A DNA stretch of 64,000 bases from an uncultured Candidatus Saccharibacteria bacterium (GCA_964444955.1 CAYUJB010000001.1:77368-141367); one strand, 5' to 3'; counted from the first letter of the stretch, positions 28,218 to 38,656 are shown. Notes: generated by a model not told the origin, from the sequence alone. Numbers and translations are program-made.

Positions 28218-31200
28218 ATGTTTGATTTCAAGCAGCGCGAAGAGGAGATACTGAAATTCTGGGAAAACAACAGTATCTTCGAAAAAAGCATGGAGCAGCG
28301 CAAAGGCGGCAAACCGTTCGTGTTTTTTGAGGGGCCACCTACTGCCAATGGCAGCCCGGGCATCCATCATTTCGTATCGCGCGCATTCAAAGACTTGTTT
28401 TGTCGTTTTCAATCGATGCGTGGGCGCTACGTGTTGCGCAAAGGGGGATGGGATACCCACGGGTTGCCCGTGGAGCTCGCGGTAGAAAAGGAGCTCGGTT
28501 TTAAGAGTAAGAAAGATATCGAAGTGTATGGTATTGCTGCATACAACCGTAAGTGTCGTGAGTCGGTGTGGAAATATCAAAGTGAATGGGAGCGATTCAC
28601 CAAGCGCATGGGCTATTGGGTAGATCTCAAGCATCCCTACATCACCTATGAGAATCCCTATATCGAGTCGCTCTGGAATATTATCGCGACCATTTGGGAC
28701 AAAAACCTTCTCTACCAAGCGCATCGGGTGGTGCCATTCTGCACACGCTGCGGCACGCCGCTCTCCAGCCACGAGGTGGCGCAGGGGTACAAGACCGTCA
28801 CTGATACGTCGGTGTTTCTGAAGTTTCGTGTCGCGCGCTCGAAGCTCAAACTTCCTAAGAATACTTCTATTCTCGCCTGGACGACCACACCGTGGACGTT
28901 GCCGGGCAATGTTGCGCTGGCGGTCGGGCGAGATATTCGGTACGTACTTGCGCATCACGCTGGAGCCGATGAGTATTTTATTCTTGCGGCTGATCTCGCT
29001 AATACCGTGCTGGGCGCGCCACTGGCCATTGATCGAGAATTTTCTGGTGCTGAGCTCATTGGGACAAGCTACGAGCCGCTCTTCGCAGTGCGTAGCCTCA
29101 AGAAGCCCACATCGTACAAGGTCTACGCCGCGGATTTTGTGTCTACATCCGACGGCACGGGCGTAGTGCACACCGCGGTGATGTATGGCGAGGATGATTA
29201 CCAATTAGGCACCACACTCAAGCTGGTGAAACAGCACACGGTGGATGAGCAGGGCAAGTTCTTTGGTGTGTCAGAGGCACTCGATGGCAAATATGTAAAA
29301 TCATCGACCACGGAGGCGATGATCATTGATTCGCTCACAGAACGCGGATTACTCTTGCGTGCGTTGCCCTATGAGCACGAATATCCGTTCTGCTGGCGGT
29401 GCGATACGCCGCTGTTGTACTACGCAAAGGATAGTTGGTTCGTGCGCGTGAGTTCGCTTAACAAGCAGATGCTCGCCAACAACGACCAGGTCAACTGGGT
29501 GCCATCTCACCTCAAGGACGGCCGGTTTGGGCAGTGGATTCGCGAAGGCAAGGATTGGGCATTTTCTCGTGAGCGATACTGGGGTACACCACTGCCGATT
29601 TGGCGATCCAAAGATGGCAAGAAAACGATCGTCGCTCGTTCTCTGGAAGATTTGGATACCTATCGTGCGCGCAAGGCAAATACCTTTATTCTCGTTCGCC
29701 ACGGCGAGAGTACGCGCAACAGTATCTCACGCGCAGACTCTACCATCTCGAGTTCGCTCGATCACGATACCTATCATCTCACCGAGCGGGGAGTGTCGGA
29801 GGCGCAGTCGTTGGCGGCAACGTTGAAAGCAAAAAAGATTGATGCGATCTATGCGTCACCATTTGTGCGCACGCAAGAAACGTCAAAAATTCTTTCGGTC
29901 GTGCTCAAGAAAAAAATTATCACGGATGAGCGACTTGGGGAGTTGCAGTACGGTACTGCATACGAGGGCAAAAAAGTGTCGCAAGCTGGTGACGATGTGG
30001 TGCGCAAATCATTCCATGATGCACCAGCCGGAGGAGAATCGTGGCAGCAATGTCGCGCGCGTATGACCGCATTCTTTACGGAGGTGAATGCGAAGTACGA
30101 GGGCAAGACTATTGTGGTAGTCTCCCACGGAGATCCGTTATGGTTGGCTCGCACCATGCTTCGAGGGCTCACCGAAGAGGAGGCCATCCCTCAGTACGGC
30201 GATCTCTATCCTACGTTTGCGACCTCGTACGTTGAAACGATGCACAACTGGCCGTACGACGAACGGGGTAATCTCGACATGCATCGTCCTTACGTCGATG
30301 AGATTGTCCTCAAAACAAAAGGTTCGAGCACGCTCCTGCGACGTATTCCGGAACTTTGTGACGTTTGGTTTGACTCGGGATCCATGCCGTATGCGCAGTG
30401 GCACTGGCCGTTCGAAAACAAGGCGCTCGCTGAACAGAATTTCCCAGCAGATTTTATCGCAGAAGGCGTTGATCAAACGCGCGGCTGGTTTTATCTGCTC
30501 TTAGCAGTGAGTACACTCCTCGGCAAGGGCGCGCCGTATCGCACCGTGCTATCCAATGGTCACGTGCTCGATGAAAAGGGGATCAAGATGTCCAAGTCAA
30601 AGGGGAATATCGTGAAGCCCGATGAGGTTATCGATGCGGTCGGGGTTGATGTGGCGCGCTGGTATTTTTACACCATCAATTCACCGGGTGATTCCAAAAA
30701 CTTCTCGATGAAAGAAGTGCGTGAGCGTCTGACGGGATTTATGATGACACTCCAAAACTGCGTGCGCTTCTATGAGCTCTACAGCACCGAACACGTCACC
30801 AGCGACGCGCCCACGACGACGAATCTCTTGGACGCCTGGATCCTCTCGCGTCTTACCGAGGTGACAAAGATGACGACCGAGCGCTTGGAGACATATGAAC
30901 TCACCGAGGCATCACGCGCATTGGAGAAATTTATTGTTGATGATTTTAGCCAATGGTGGCTGCGCCGAAGTCGCAAACGCGACGATGCGTTACCGCTTCT
31001 ACGTCGTATCCTCAAATCACTGGCTCTATTGTTGGCGCCATTTACTCCGTATGTCGCCGAAGATCTCTGGCTCAAGCTCAAGACAGATGGCGATGTAGAG
31101 TCCGTACATCTTGCCGATTGGCCACACTACGATGCCGCCGCCATCGACGCCGCGCTCTACGAACAGATGGATCGTGTGCGCTCTGGTATTAGTGCTGGAT

Positions 31201-31646
31201 TGGCAATTCGCAAAAACGAAGCAATCAAAGTGCGCCAACCACTTGCGTCTGTGACAATTCCTGGCACACCTCTCCAGCCAGATTTAGAGCAACTTATTCT
31301 TGATGAACTCAATGTGAAAGCGGTGCAGTATGTCGTTGGCGCTGATGTGGCACTCGATCTCCGTATTGGCACCGAACTGCGCGCCGAAGGATTCGCACGC
31401 GAAGTGATGCGTGCCATCCAAGACATGCGTAAAGAGGCCGGCTGTCAGGTCTCCGATCGTGTCCACTGCGAGTGGGCAAGTACCGACGCGGATGTGGCCG
31501 CTGCCCTCCGCGTGCACGATGCCTTAATCCGCAAAGACACCGGACTCTCTGCGTTTATCGAAAAGCCCGATAACAGCACGCTTACGGTTGAGAAGAATTT
31601 CGATCTCGCGCCCGGCAAACCGATCTGGATTGGTATTCGCGTCTAA
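28218..31646 (+). CDS. ileS: isoleucyl-tRNA synthetase with inserted histidine-phosphatase (PGAM-like) domain
   Basis: 1142 aa with HIGH-type PPTANGSPGIHH, WAFSRERYWGTPLPIW, HRPYVDE and KMSKS motifs. An extra in-frame segment of about 200 aa with RHGES...VVSHGD lies between PIW and HRPYVDE. Confidence 0.95.
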   Translation: MFDFKQREEEILKFWENNSIFEKSMEQRKGGKPFVFFEGPPTANGSPGIHHFVSRAFKDLFCRFQSMRGRYVLRKGGWDTHGLPVELAVEKELGFKSKKDIEVYGIAAYNRKCRESVWKYQSEWERFTKRMGYWVDLKHPYITYENPYIESLWNIIATIWDKNLLYQAHRVVPFCTRCGTPLSSHEVAQGYKTVTDTSVFLKFRVARSKLKLPKNTSILAWTTTPWTLPGNVALAVGRDIRYVLAHHAGADEYFILAADLANTVLGAPLAIDREFSGAELIGTSYEPLFAVRSLKKPTSYKVYAADFVSTSDGTGVVHTAVMYGEDDYQLGTTLKLVKQHTVDEQGKFFGVSEALDGKYVKSSTTEAMIIDSLTERGLLLRALPYEHEYPFCWRCDTPLLYYAKDSWFVRVSSLNKQMLANNDQVNWVPSHLKDGRFGQWIREGKDWAFSRERYWGTPLPIWRSKDGKKTIVARSLEDLDTYRARKANTFILVRHGESTRNSISRADSTISSSLDHDTYHLTERGVSEAQSLAATLKAKKIDAIYASPFVRTQETSKILSVVLKKKIITDERLGELQYGTAYEGKKVSQAGDDVVRKSFHDAPAGGESWQQCRARMTAFFTEVNAKYEGKTIVVVSHGDPLWLARTMLRGLTEEEAIPQYGDLYPTFATSYVETMHNWPYDERGNLDMHRPYVDEIVLKTKGSSTLLRRIPELCDVWFDSGSMPYAQWHWPFENKALAEQNFPADFIAEGVDQTRGWFYLLLAVSTLLGKGAPYRTVLSNGHVLDEKGIKMSKSKGNIVKPDEVIDAVGVDVARWYFYTINSPGDSKNFSMKEVRERLTGFMMTLQNCVRFYELYSTEHVTSDAPTTTNLLDAWILSRLTEVTKMTTERLETYELTEASRALEKFIVDDFSQWWLRRSRKRDDALPLLRRILKSLALLLAPFTPYVAEDLWLKLKTDGDVESVHLADWPHYDAAAIDAALYEQMDRVRSGISAGLAIRKNEAIKVRQPLASVTIPGTPLQPDLEQLILDELNVKAVQYVVGADVALDLRIGTELRAEGFAREVMRAIQDMRKEAGCQVSDRVHCEWASTDADVAAALRVHDALIRKDTGLSAFIEKPDNSTLTVEKNFDLAPGKPIWIGIRV

Positions 31647-31649
31647 CCG

Positions 31650-32360
31650 ATGCTCAGCGAACTCAAGCAACAACTACGGGCCCATGCGAGTCCTGCGAGA
31701 GCGCGGGTTTCGGCGAGTTTTTTTAAGACTGGAGAGGGTGAGTATGGAGCAGGGGATGTATTCTTGGGCGTGACCGTGCCAGATACGCGGCGCGTCGTGA
31801 AGCAATTTCACCAGCTTCCACTCGTTGATATTCAGGAGTTGATCAACTCGCCACTGCACGAAGAGCGCCTGTGTGGCTTCCTGATTTTGGTTCATCAGTT
31901 CGAACGTGGCGACGCAAAAGTACGTGCACGTATCTTTCGTTTCTATTGCGCCAACAGTAAGCGCGTCAACAATTGGGATTTGGTTGACCTCACCGCCCCG
32001 AATATCGTTGGGGAGTATCTCTTCGAAACAAAGGACTCGGGTGCGCTCTTGGTTCGCTATGCGCGTTCTCAAAATCTCTGGCAGCGTCGCATCGCAATTT
32101 TGGCAACGTTCGCGTTCATTCGAAAGGGAAGATGGGTGCCCACGCTCAATATTGCACGCATCCTCCTCAACGATCCCGAAGACCTCATTGCCAAAGCGGT
32201 GGGGTGGATGCTGCGCGAAGTGGGAAAGCGTATCGATCAGGATATCGAAGAGGAGTTTCTCAAAAAACACTACCATCGCATGCCCCGCACGATGTTGCGG
32301 TATGCGATCGAGCGCTTCTCGAAGCGTCGCGCGCGTATGTACTTGGACGGCAAGATATAA
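31650..32360 (+). CDS. DNA alkylation repair protein (AlkD/AlkC-like HEAT-repeat glycosylase)
   Basis: 236 aa, helical-repeat, with an NNWDLVD motif. Confidence 0.7.
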   Translation: MLSELKQQLRAHASPARARVSASFFKTGEGEYGAGDVFLGVTVPDTRRVVKQFHQLPLVDIQELINSPLHEERLCGFLILVHQFERGDAKVRARIFRFYCANSKRVNNWDLVDLTAPNIVGEYLFETKDSGALLVRYARSQNLWQRRIAILATFAFIRKGRWVPTLNIARILLNDPEDLIAKAVGWMLREVGKRIDQDIEEEFLKKHYHRMPRTMLRYAIERFSKRRARMYLDGKI

Positions 32361-32389
32361 AAATCCCCCCGCCAAGGCGGAGGGAGGGC

Positions 32390-32881
32390 TTACGCTTTCG
32401 GATCACCATCCGGATGCGTTTTCTTGAAGAGTCTTATGCGCTCGTCGATCTCGCTAGGAGGCTCGACAATCCGTAGTTCGACATCAGCGGAAATAACGCT
32501 GAAGACGCTTTCTTCGCAAAGGATTGGCGCCTTGCTTCGTAATGCTAGCGCAATTCCATCTCCGATTTCGCAATCAGCGCACCACGTTTGCTCTCCTTGT
32601 CGTAGCGTTAGCGAGCAATTGACGCCGCCGTCATCGTCGATGGAATTAATCGAAAAGTGAACGAGCGCAACTTTGCACTTATGAAGTAGCTCATAAAGGA
32701 CGATATGAACGCTGGGATGCTGGTCTGAAAGATTGCGAATTGCCATAAAGATTTCACGCAGTATGGCTTGGCTGAAGATGCAGGTGGCGTGTCGCGGTCC
32801 ATTCTTTTCTGCGAGGATTAAGATTGGTTCCGTCTCTCCATCTGCTCGTACGCCGACCATCGGTTCTAATTCAATGAGCAT
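32390..32881 (-). CDS. bifunctional nuclease family protein (DUF151/BFN)
   Basis: PILILAEKNG...HPSVHIVLYELL...DGIALALRSKAPI pattern. Confidence 0.55.
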   Translation of the reverse strand: MLIELEPMVGVRADGETEPILILAEKNGPRHATCIFSQAILREIFMAIRNLSDQHPSVHIVLYELLHKCKVALVHFSINSIDDDGGVNCSLTLRQGEQTWCADCEIGDGIALALRSKAPILCEESVFSVISADVELRIVEPPSEIDERIRLFKKTHPDGDPKA

Positions 32882-32952
32882 GACTCGCCTCCAGTAGAAG
32901 TGATAGCGTAGTATTTCATTTTAGTAAAGAGTTCCTATGGTATACTCCATCC

Positions 32953-33513
32953 ATGTTAAAATCTGCTTCTGAAGTTGCAGTGTTCGGTGGTGGATGCTTC
33001 TGGTGCACGGAGGCGGTTTTTTCGATGTTACGGGGCGTGCGCGCGGTGGCTCCCGGATACGCTGGAGGAGATGTGCCAAATCCTACCTACTATCAAGTTG
33101 TGTCAGGCACGACGGGCCACGCGGAGGTTATTCGATTTGAGTATGATCCTCAGGTTATCTTCTATCGCGATTTGCTCGACGTCTTCTTTGCTACCCACGA
33201 TCCAACCACTATCAATCGTCAGGGTGCGGATGTTGGTCCCCAGTATCGATCGGTGATTTTCTACGCGTCGCCTGAGCAGAAGATAGAAGCAGAGCAGCGC
33301 ATTCGTGAGCTCAATACCTCCGATGAACAAGGCGCTCCGATTGTGACACGCGTGGAATCGCTCACGCATTTTTGGCCGGCAGAGGACTACCACGAGAAGT
33401 ATTACGAGAATCACAAAGAGCAAGGATATTGCCAAATTGTGATCAATCCGAAACTCCAAATTGTCAAAGAGCGTTTTGCGCGATTACTCGAGCAGTCCAC
33501 AGGCCAGAGCTAA
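32953..33513 (+). CDS. msrA: peptide methionine sulfoxide reductase A
   Basis: GGGCFWCTEAVF active-site motif. Confidence 0.95.
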   Translation: MLKSASEVAVFGGGCFWCTEAVFSMLRGVRAVAPGYAGGDVPNPTYYQVVSGTTGHAEVIRFEYDPQVIFYRDLLDVFFATHDPTTINRQGADVGPQYRSVIFYASPEQKIEAEQRIRELNTSDEQGAPIVTRVESLTHFWPAEDYHEKYYENHKEQGYCQIVINPKLQIVKERFARLLEQSTGQS

Positions 33514-33538
33514 CAGTATGTAAAAGACGGCGTATACT

Positions 33539-34105
33539 TTGCTCATGACACAAACCTCTTCAATAACGTATTCGGATCCACCCGTAGCAACGTATCTTTT
33601 TTCAAACACCAGAACGGCCCTCTTCTGGTTGGTCGTCCGCTTGTATGTCGGATGGGCGTGGCTAGAAGCGGGGTGGGGGAAGATTCATGCAGCGGCATGG
33701 GTGGGGGACACATCAGGATCAGCACTCGCCGGCTTTGTGCGCGGCGCACTTGCGAAAGCATCGGGACCGCATCCCGATGTGCAATCATGGTATGCATGGT
33801 TTTTGCAGCACGCAGTGCTGCCGCATGTGGCGACATGGGGACACGTGGTAGCGTGGGGTGAGTTCGCTGTCGGGCTGGGTCTTATCCTCGGCGTCTTTAC
33901 CGGCGTGGCAGCGTTTTTCGGAGCGTTTATGAATTTAAATTTTCTTCTCTCGGGTACCGTAAGTATTAATCCTATTATTGGCGTACTGGCACTAGGTATA
34001 CTCATGGCATGGAAAGTTGCGGGATACTATGGTATAGACCGTTGGCTCCTACCGATGCTCGGAACGCCCTGGAGGCCAGGCCGGGCATTTCATGGGAGGG
34101 GATAA
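33539..34105 (+). CDS. DoxX family membrane protein
   Basis: Four TM helices; the WAWLEAGWGKI region is DoxX-like. Confidence 0.65.
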   Translation: MLMTQTSSITYSDPPVATYLFSNTRTALFWLVVRLYVGWAWLEAGWGKIHAAAWVGDTSGSALAGFVRGALAKASGPHPDVQSWYAWFLQHAVLPHVATWGHVVAWGEFAVGLGLILGVFTGVAAFFGAFMNLNFLLSGTVSINPIIGVLALGILMAWKVAGYYGIDRWLLPMLGTPWRPGRAFHGRG

Positions 34106-34119
34106 CTACTATTAAATCT

Positions 34120-34428
34120 ATGAGCGACGAACGTGAAGTGCAGCAGGCGGTTGATGATGTGGCTGCTGGAGCAGCGGTGCTTTTGGATGTTCGCGGTGAA
34201 GACGAATGGAACGACGTACGCGCGGAAGGTGCGCTGCATTGGCCGCTCTCACGTCTTCGCGCCGATGACATTCCCGATGTCCCACTCGAATCGAAGATCT
34301 ATATTTATTGCGAGAGTGGAGCACGATCTGAAGAGGCACAAGACATTCTCGTGGCGCATGGCTATGCTGACGTTGTGAATATTGGCGGTCTTGCTGATTG
34401 GCAAAAGGCGGGCGGTGAAATTGAGTAA
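34120..34428 (+). CDS. rhodanese-domain sulfurtransferase (single domain)
   Basis: Active-site loop YCESGARS. Start taken at MSDEREV. Confidence 0.85.
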   Translation: MSDEREVQQAVDDVAAGAAVLLDVRGEDEWNDVRAEGALHWPLSRLRADDIPDVPLESKIYIYCESGARSEEAQDILVAHGYADVVNIGGLADWQKAGGEIE

Positions 34429-34436
34429 GATCGAGC

Positions 34437-35006
34437 ATGCATATCGAAGCCATCGTTATTCGTAAGCGACCCGTTCGAGAGCACGATCAAATGGTCGTGC
34501 TCTACTGTCGTGAGCTTGGGAAGATTACGGCAATTGCAAAGGGCTCGCTGCGCTCACACAGTCGTCAGGCATTGGCGCTCGACGAGGCCAGTCACATCCA
34601 GTGCGAGCTTGTGGATGGTCGGAGCGGTCCCATCATGACCGGCACGCAGGCGATGGGTTCATTGAGTTCTGCAAAGCGTCACCCGCGAGCGTGGGCGGGT
34701 GTTCAGGTATTTCTCCAACTCGTGGATGTGGCGGTGTTCGAGAACCAGCCCGATCAAACGTTATGGGAGTGCTTACTAGATATTTTGGCGACGCTCGACA
34801 GCGCCTCCGAGAAGGATGTGTTGGTCGCGTATAGATCGGGGCAAGAAAAGCTGTTGCGCGCGCTTGGGTATGGTCAGCCGCTGTCGCACAACGCCATGCT
34901 GCGGTGGGTGCGCACCGAACTCGACGAGCAATTTGAGATTCTTGCGCAACGTCGTCTCTCCGCAATCGACCTTCTCTATGACGTGGCCGCGATGTCGTCT
35001 TCGTGA
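34437..35006 (+). CDS. recO: DNA repair protein RecO (short form)
   Basis: N-terminal OB-fold pattern AIVIRKRPVREHDQMVVLYCRELGKITAIAKG. Confidence 0.65.
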   Translation: MHIEAIVIRKRPVREHDQMVVLYCRELGKITAIAKGSLRSHSRQALALDEASHIQCELVDGRSGPIMTGTQAMGSLSSAKRHPRAWAGVQVFLQLVDVAVFENQPDQTLWECLLDILATLDSASEKDVLVAYRSGQEKLLRALGYGQPLSHNAMLRWVRTELDEQFEILAQRRLSAIDLLYDVAAMSSS

Positions 35007-35020
35007 TAAACTAAGGTTCT

Positions 35021-36844
35021 ATGCCGTTTGACTTTGAGATCTCGCCATTGATTACGCCACCGACGCCTCAGGCGCCGACTGCTCCACCCGTAGTGCCCGC
35101 AGCGCCTCGGGAGACGTCCACCATGCCACGCAAAACAAACAAATTATTACGGATACTCATGCTTGTCGCCGCGGGACTCTTTATCGTTGCCGTCGGTGCG
35201 CTGTGGTGGGGAGGTAATTCATTTTCGGATAAGGATATCGTGCTTACGATCGATGCGCCAACAGCGGTTACGTCCGGCGACGAGGTGACGTATACTGTCA
35301 CGTATAAGAACAACACCAAGCTCGCATTGTCTAATATGAGTTTCCGACTGTTCTATCCCGCGGGTTCGATTGTGATGAAGGACGGCAATCCAACCACACC
35401 GGAGAGTGAGGGGTTCACCGTCGATACGCTGGGCGCGGGACAGACAGGTACGAGGGAGATAAAACTATTCATGGTTGGGGATAAGGGTACGATTCGAACA
35501 GCGCGTCTCAACCTCATTTTTTCCGCGGGTTCACTGCGGTCGTCATTCCAAAAGGAGGTTACCGCCTCAACTACCATCACTACGCTCCCCGTATCGATGA
35601 CGTTGGTGGCGCCTCCTACGGCAGTAACTGGTCAGCCGGTGCAGTACTTGCTCGATTTTCGTAATGACTCAGGAGAGGACCTCTCGGATTTGAAGCTCGT
35701 GCTGACGTTCCCTGATGGGTTCGTAGTGCAGACAACGCGTCCTGACCCTTCGGTGGGCACCACCACGTGGACAATACCAGCGCTGGATGTGAACCAGGGC
35801 AAGCGCGTGACGATTAACGGTGTGCTGTCGGGGAACGAACGAGAAACAAAAACTGTTACTGCGGTGCTGCAGCGTAATCTCAATGGTCAGTACGTAGATT
35901 ATGTGAGGACAGAAGCGTTCACGGTAATTTCCAGTCCACTGCTTTCCGTATCTATTACACCCTCAGGAGGTCGTGATTATATTTCGTTCCCAGGTGATAC
36001 CTTGCGATATACGGTTTCGTACACCAATACATCTCGCTACACACTCTTGGGCGTTTCGTTGGGCGTGAAGTTGGAGGGGGATATGTATGATACGGCGCGG
36101 CTTCAGGCGCAGCAGGGATTTTATAACGATACTACGCGTACATTGGTGTACGACTCTTCGGGTGTGAATGGGTTCGCGGCACTTTCGCCGGGGCAGAGCG
36201 GGCGATTGGAATTCTCGATTCCCTTGAAGGCGGGACTCTCGGGAAGTGGGTTTGGGGGCTCGCAGAATTTCTTTGTCAAAGCCACTGCTCGTTTGAGTAC
36301 TTCCAATGTGCCGTCAGGCATTGATGGTGATGAGGTTTTCTCACTTGATAGCGTCATCACCAAAATCGGTTCACAGCCATCACTGTCTCAGGCACTCTTG
36401 TTTGATGCACCCTACGGAAGCGGCCCATATCCGCCCGTGGTTGGCACTGAGACGGTGTTTACCGTTCGGTGGCAGCTTACGAACCCGGGAAATGATGTAC
36501 GGAACGGTGTGGTAACGGCGACACTGCCGCCCGGGGTAACCTTTAAGAGCAACGCCTCCACGCTGAATGGATCGGCGCCGACATTTGATACAAAAAATAA
36601 AACGATTACGTGGAATGTGGGCACGGTACCATTTGGCGTCGGCAACGGCACGCCGCGCTACGAAGCGCTATTCCAAGTCGGCATAACACCCTCGACTACT
36701 CAGCAAGGACAGAGTCCTAAGGTTATGACGGGTGCGGTGCTCAACGGAGTTGATGGCTACACCGGGCAAGCGGTGCAATCATCAGCACGCGACCTCACCA
36801 CCGATAGCGTTGAAAATCATACCGGCCAAGGCCAGGTGCAATAA
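35021..36844 (+). CDS. membrane-anchored surface protein with DUF11-like repeats
   Basis: Pro-rich N-terminus, one TM, then repeated beta-rich units (DEVTYTVTYKNNTKLALSNMSF...). Confidence 0.6.
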   Translation: MPFDFEISPLITPPTPQAPTAPPVVPAAPRETSTMPRKTNKLLRILMLVAAGLFIVAVGALWWGGNSFSDKDIVLTIDAPTAVTSGDEVTYTVTYKNNTKLALSNMSFRLFYPAGSIVMKDGNPTTPESEGFTVDTLGAGQTGTREIKLFMVGDKGTIRTARLNLIFSAGSLRSSFQKEVTASTTITTLPVSMTLVAPPTAVTGQPVQYLLDFRNDSGEDLSDLKLVLTFPDGFVVQTTRPDPSVGTTTWTIPALDVNQGKRVTINGVLSGNERETKTVTAVLQRNLNGQYVDYVRTEAFTVISSPLLSVSITPSGGRDYISFPGDTLRYTVSYTNTSRYTLLGVSLGVKLEGDMYDTARLQAQQGFYNDTTRTLVYDSSGVNGFAALSPGQSGRLEFSIPLKAGLSGSGFGGSQNFFVKATARLSTSNVPSGIDGDEVFSLDSVITKIGSQPSLSQALLFDAPYGSGPYPPVVGTETVFTVRWQLTNPGNDVRNGVVTATLPPGVTFKSNASTLNGSAPTFDTKNKTITWNVGTVPFGVGNGTPRYEALFQVGITPSTTQQGQSPKVMTGAVLNGVDGYTGQAVQSSARDLTTDSVENHTGQGQVQ

Positions 36845-36847
36845 AAA

Positions 36848-36877
36848 AGCGAGCCATCCCGCGGGGATGGCTCGCTA
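36848..36877. terminator. bidirectional hairpin between convergent genes
   Basis: agcgagccatccc-gcg-gggatggctcgct, 13-bp stem. Confidence 0.6.
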
Positions 36878-36880
36878 GTA

Positions 36881-38656
36881 CTAGCGAGCGCGCTGATGCT
36901 TGATCTGGTCTCGATACTGCACGCAAGATTCGATGAGTTCAGCGTGAGAGCCGGATCCAACGATTGACCCTCGATCCATAACGTAGATCCGGTCTGCGTT
37001 GCGAATCGTACTGTACCGATGGGCGATGATGATTGTTGTTCGCCCTCGACTAGCAATATCAATAGCTTCCTGAACGGCTTGTTCATTCTTAGGGTCAAGC
37101 GAGCTCGTTGCTTCGTCGAAGATAAGAATGTCCGGGTCTTTCATGAGCGCTCGAGCTATGGCGATGCGCTGGCGTTCACCGCCAGACAACTTGATGCCTC
37201 GTTCTCCGACTACAGTGTCGTAGCCATCTTCAAGTCGGTCCATGAAGCGATCGATGCATGCCATTTTTGCGATACGGTCGAGATGCTCTTCATTTGGGAC
37301 TGCGTCCAGTTCGGTAAGACCGTAGGTCATGTTGTATCGCAAGCTTTTGTCGAACAAGAATGTGGTTTGCGAGACAACACCGATGTGCGATCGGAAGTGT
37401 CGATGATCCAGCTCCGCTGCCATGTCGTGCCCATCAACAAGGATGCGGCCGCTATCGAGCTCTTGGGAGCGTAGGAGTGCATAGACGATGCTACTCTTGC
37501 CTGCACCTGATTCGCCAACAAACGCGACCGTTTGACCAGCGGGAATGTGGAAGGAGACGTTGATGAGACTGGGATCCCGATCCTGCTCATCTTCGGGCAG
37601 TTCTTCCGCGCGACGCTGGTATCGCAGAGTGACGTCTTCGAACTTGATGTTTCCCGTATAGCGTTCGGGGCGGAGTGGGTTAGCAGCGCTTATGATTTCG
37701 GGAGGAGTTTCCATCAGCTCGAAGAACTTTGCGACCGCTGCGATGTGCTCGAGCATGGTTCGTGTGATGGGGCCCACGCTCTGCACTCGATTGAGTGCGC
37801 TAATCGACCACGTCCACAACGTGATCATCATGCCAGTCGTATGGACGTGCTGGAAGACGAGATTGATACCAACAAGCATGATGACTGCGCGCGTTGCGGT
37901 TACCACGTTATCGCGCCATGTTGCTTGGTTCACATAGGGAAGCCAGATACTCCGGTGGCCTTGCTGGACGGTAGCGACGCTGGCGTCAGATTCCCGGATT
38001 GCACGATCTTCCTGCGCGCTTTGCAGAACGAGATCCATGTTTTTGAGAATCTCACCACGAAACTTTCCTTCGTGATTTGCAAGATCTTGTTGCTGGATGA
38101 GCTTGGGATGGATCGTGCGGTTCATAAAGAATGACCACAGAGCGAACGTTATCGTTCCGACGAGGAGTACGCATCCGAGCTGCCAGCTCTTGATCATCAG
38201 AATCACTGTAACTGCACTGAGCTCGACGAGGAGGGGCAGTACCTGATTCAAACTCATGTCGACGAGTGCGCGTATGGATGCTTGCCCGCTCGAGATAATC
38301 GTCTGCTTGATCCCGCTATTCTCTCGGATGTGTTGTCCGATTGATAGCTTGGTGAGTCTCTCCATGCTGATGGTAGCGGCATGACGAGAAATAGGGTTGA
38401 GCAGTCCGTAGACGTTCGCCTCCCATGTTATCCGCTCGATAAGGTTATGCACTACAAGCGCACCACACATGAGTGCGACGGTGGTGTAGAGTTCGCGATG
38501 CGGCACACTCGCGAAGAGTTGGTCAATGAGTTTTCCCTGAAACCACGGTATGGTGAGCAGGATTGCTTGACCAAGCACCAAAAGCCCCAGTACGGCTATG
38601 GCGGGCCTTACGAATGGCCCACAAAACGTACGCAGACGATGAAGTTGCTTTCGCAT
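36881..38656 (-). CDS. ABC transporter, fused permease and ATP-binding protein (exporter type)
   Basis: Six TM helices, Walker A GESGAGKSS, signature LSGGERQRIAIARAL, Walker B ILIFDEATS. Confidence 0.9.
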   Translation of the reverse strand: MRKQLHRLRTFCGPFVRPAIAVLGLLVLGQAILLTIPWFQGKLIDQLFASVPHRELYTTVALMCGALVVHNLIERITWEANVYGLLNPISRHAATISMERLTKLSIGQHIRENSGIKQTIISSGQASIRALVDMSLNQVLPLLVELSAVTVILMIKSWQLGCVLLVGTITFALWSFFMNRTIHPKLIQQQDLANHEGKFRGEILKNMDLVLQSAQEDRAIRESDASVATVQQGHRSIWLPYVNQATWRDNVVTATRAVIMLVGINLVFQHVHTTGMMITLWTWSISALNRVQSVGPITRTMLEHIAAVAKFFELMETPPEIISAANPLRPERYTGNIKFEDVTLRYQRRAEELPEDEQDRDPSLINVSFHIPAGQTVAFVGESGAGKSSIVYALLRSQELDSGRILVDGHDMAAELDHRHFRSHIGVVSQTTFLFDKSLRYNMTYGLTELDAVPNEEHLDRIAKMACIDRFMDRLEDGYDTVVGERGIKLSGGERQRIAIARALMKDPDILIFDEATSSLDPKNEQAVQEAIDIASRGRTTIIIAHRYSTIRNADRIYVMDRGSIVGSGSHAELIESCVQYRDQIKHQRAR

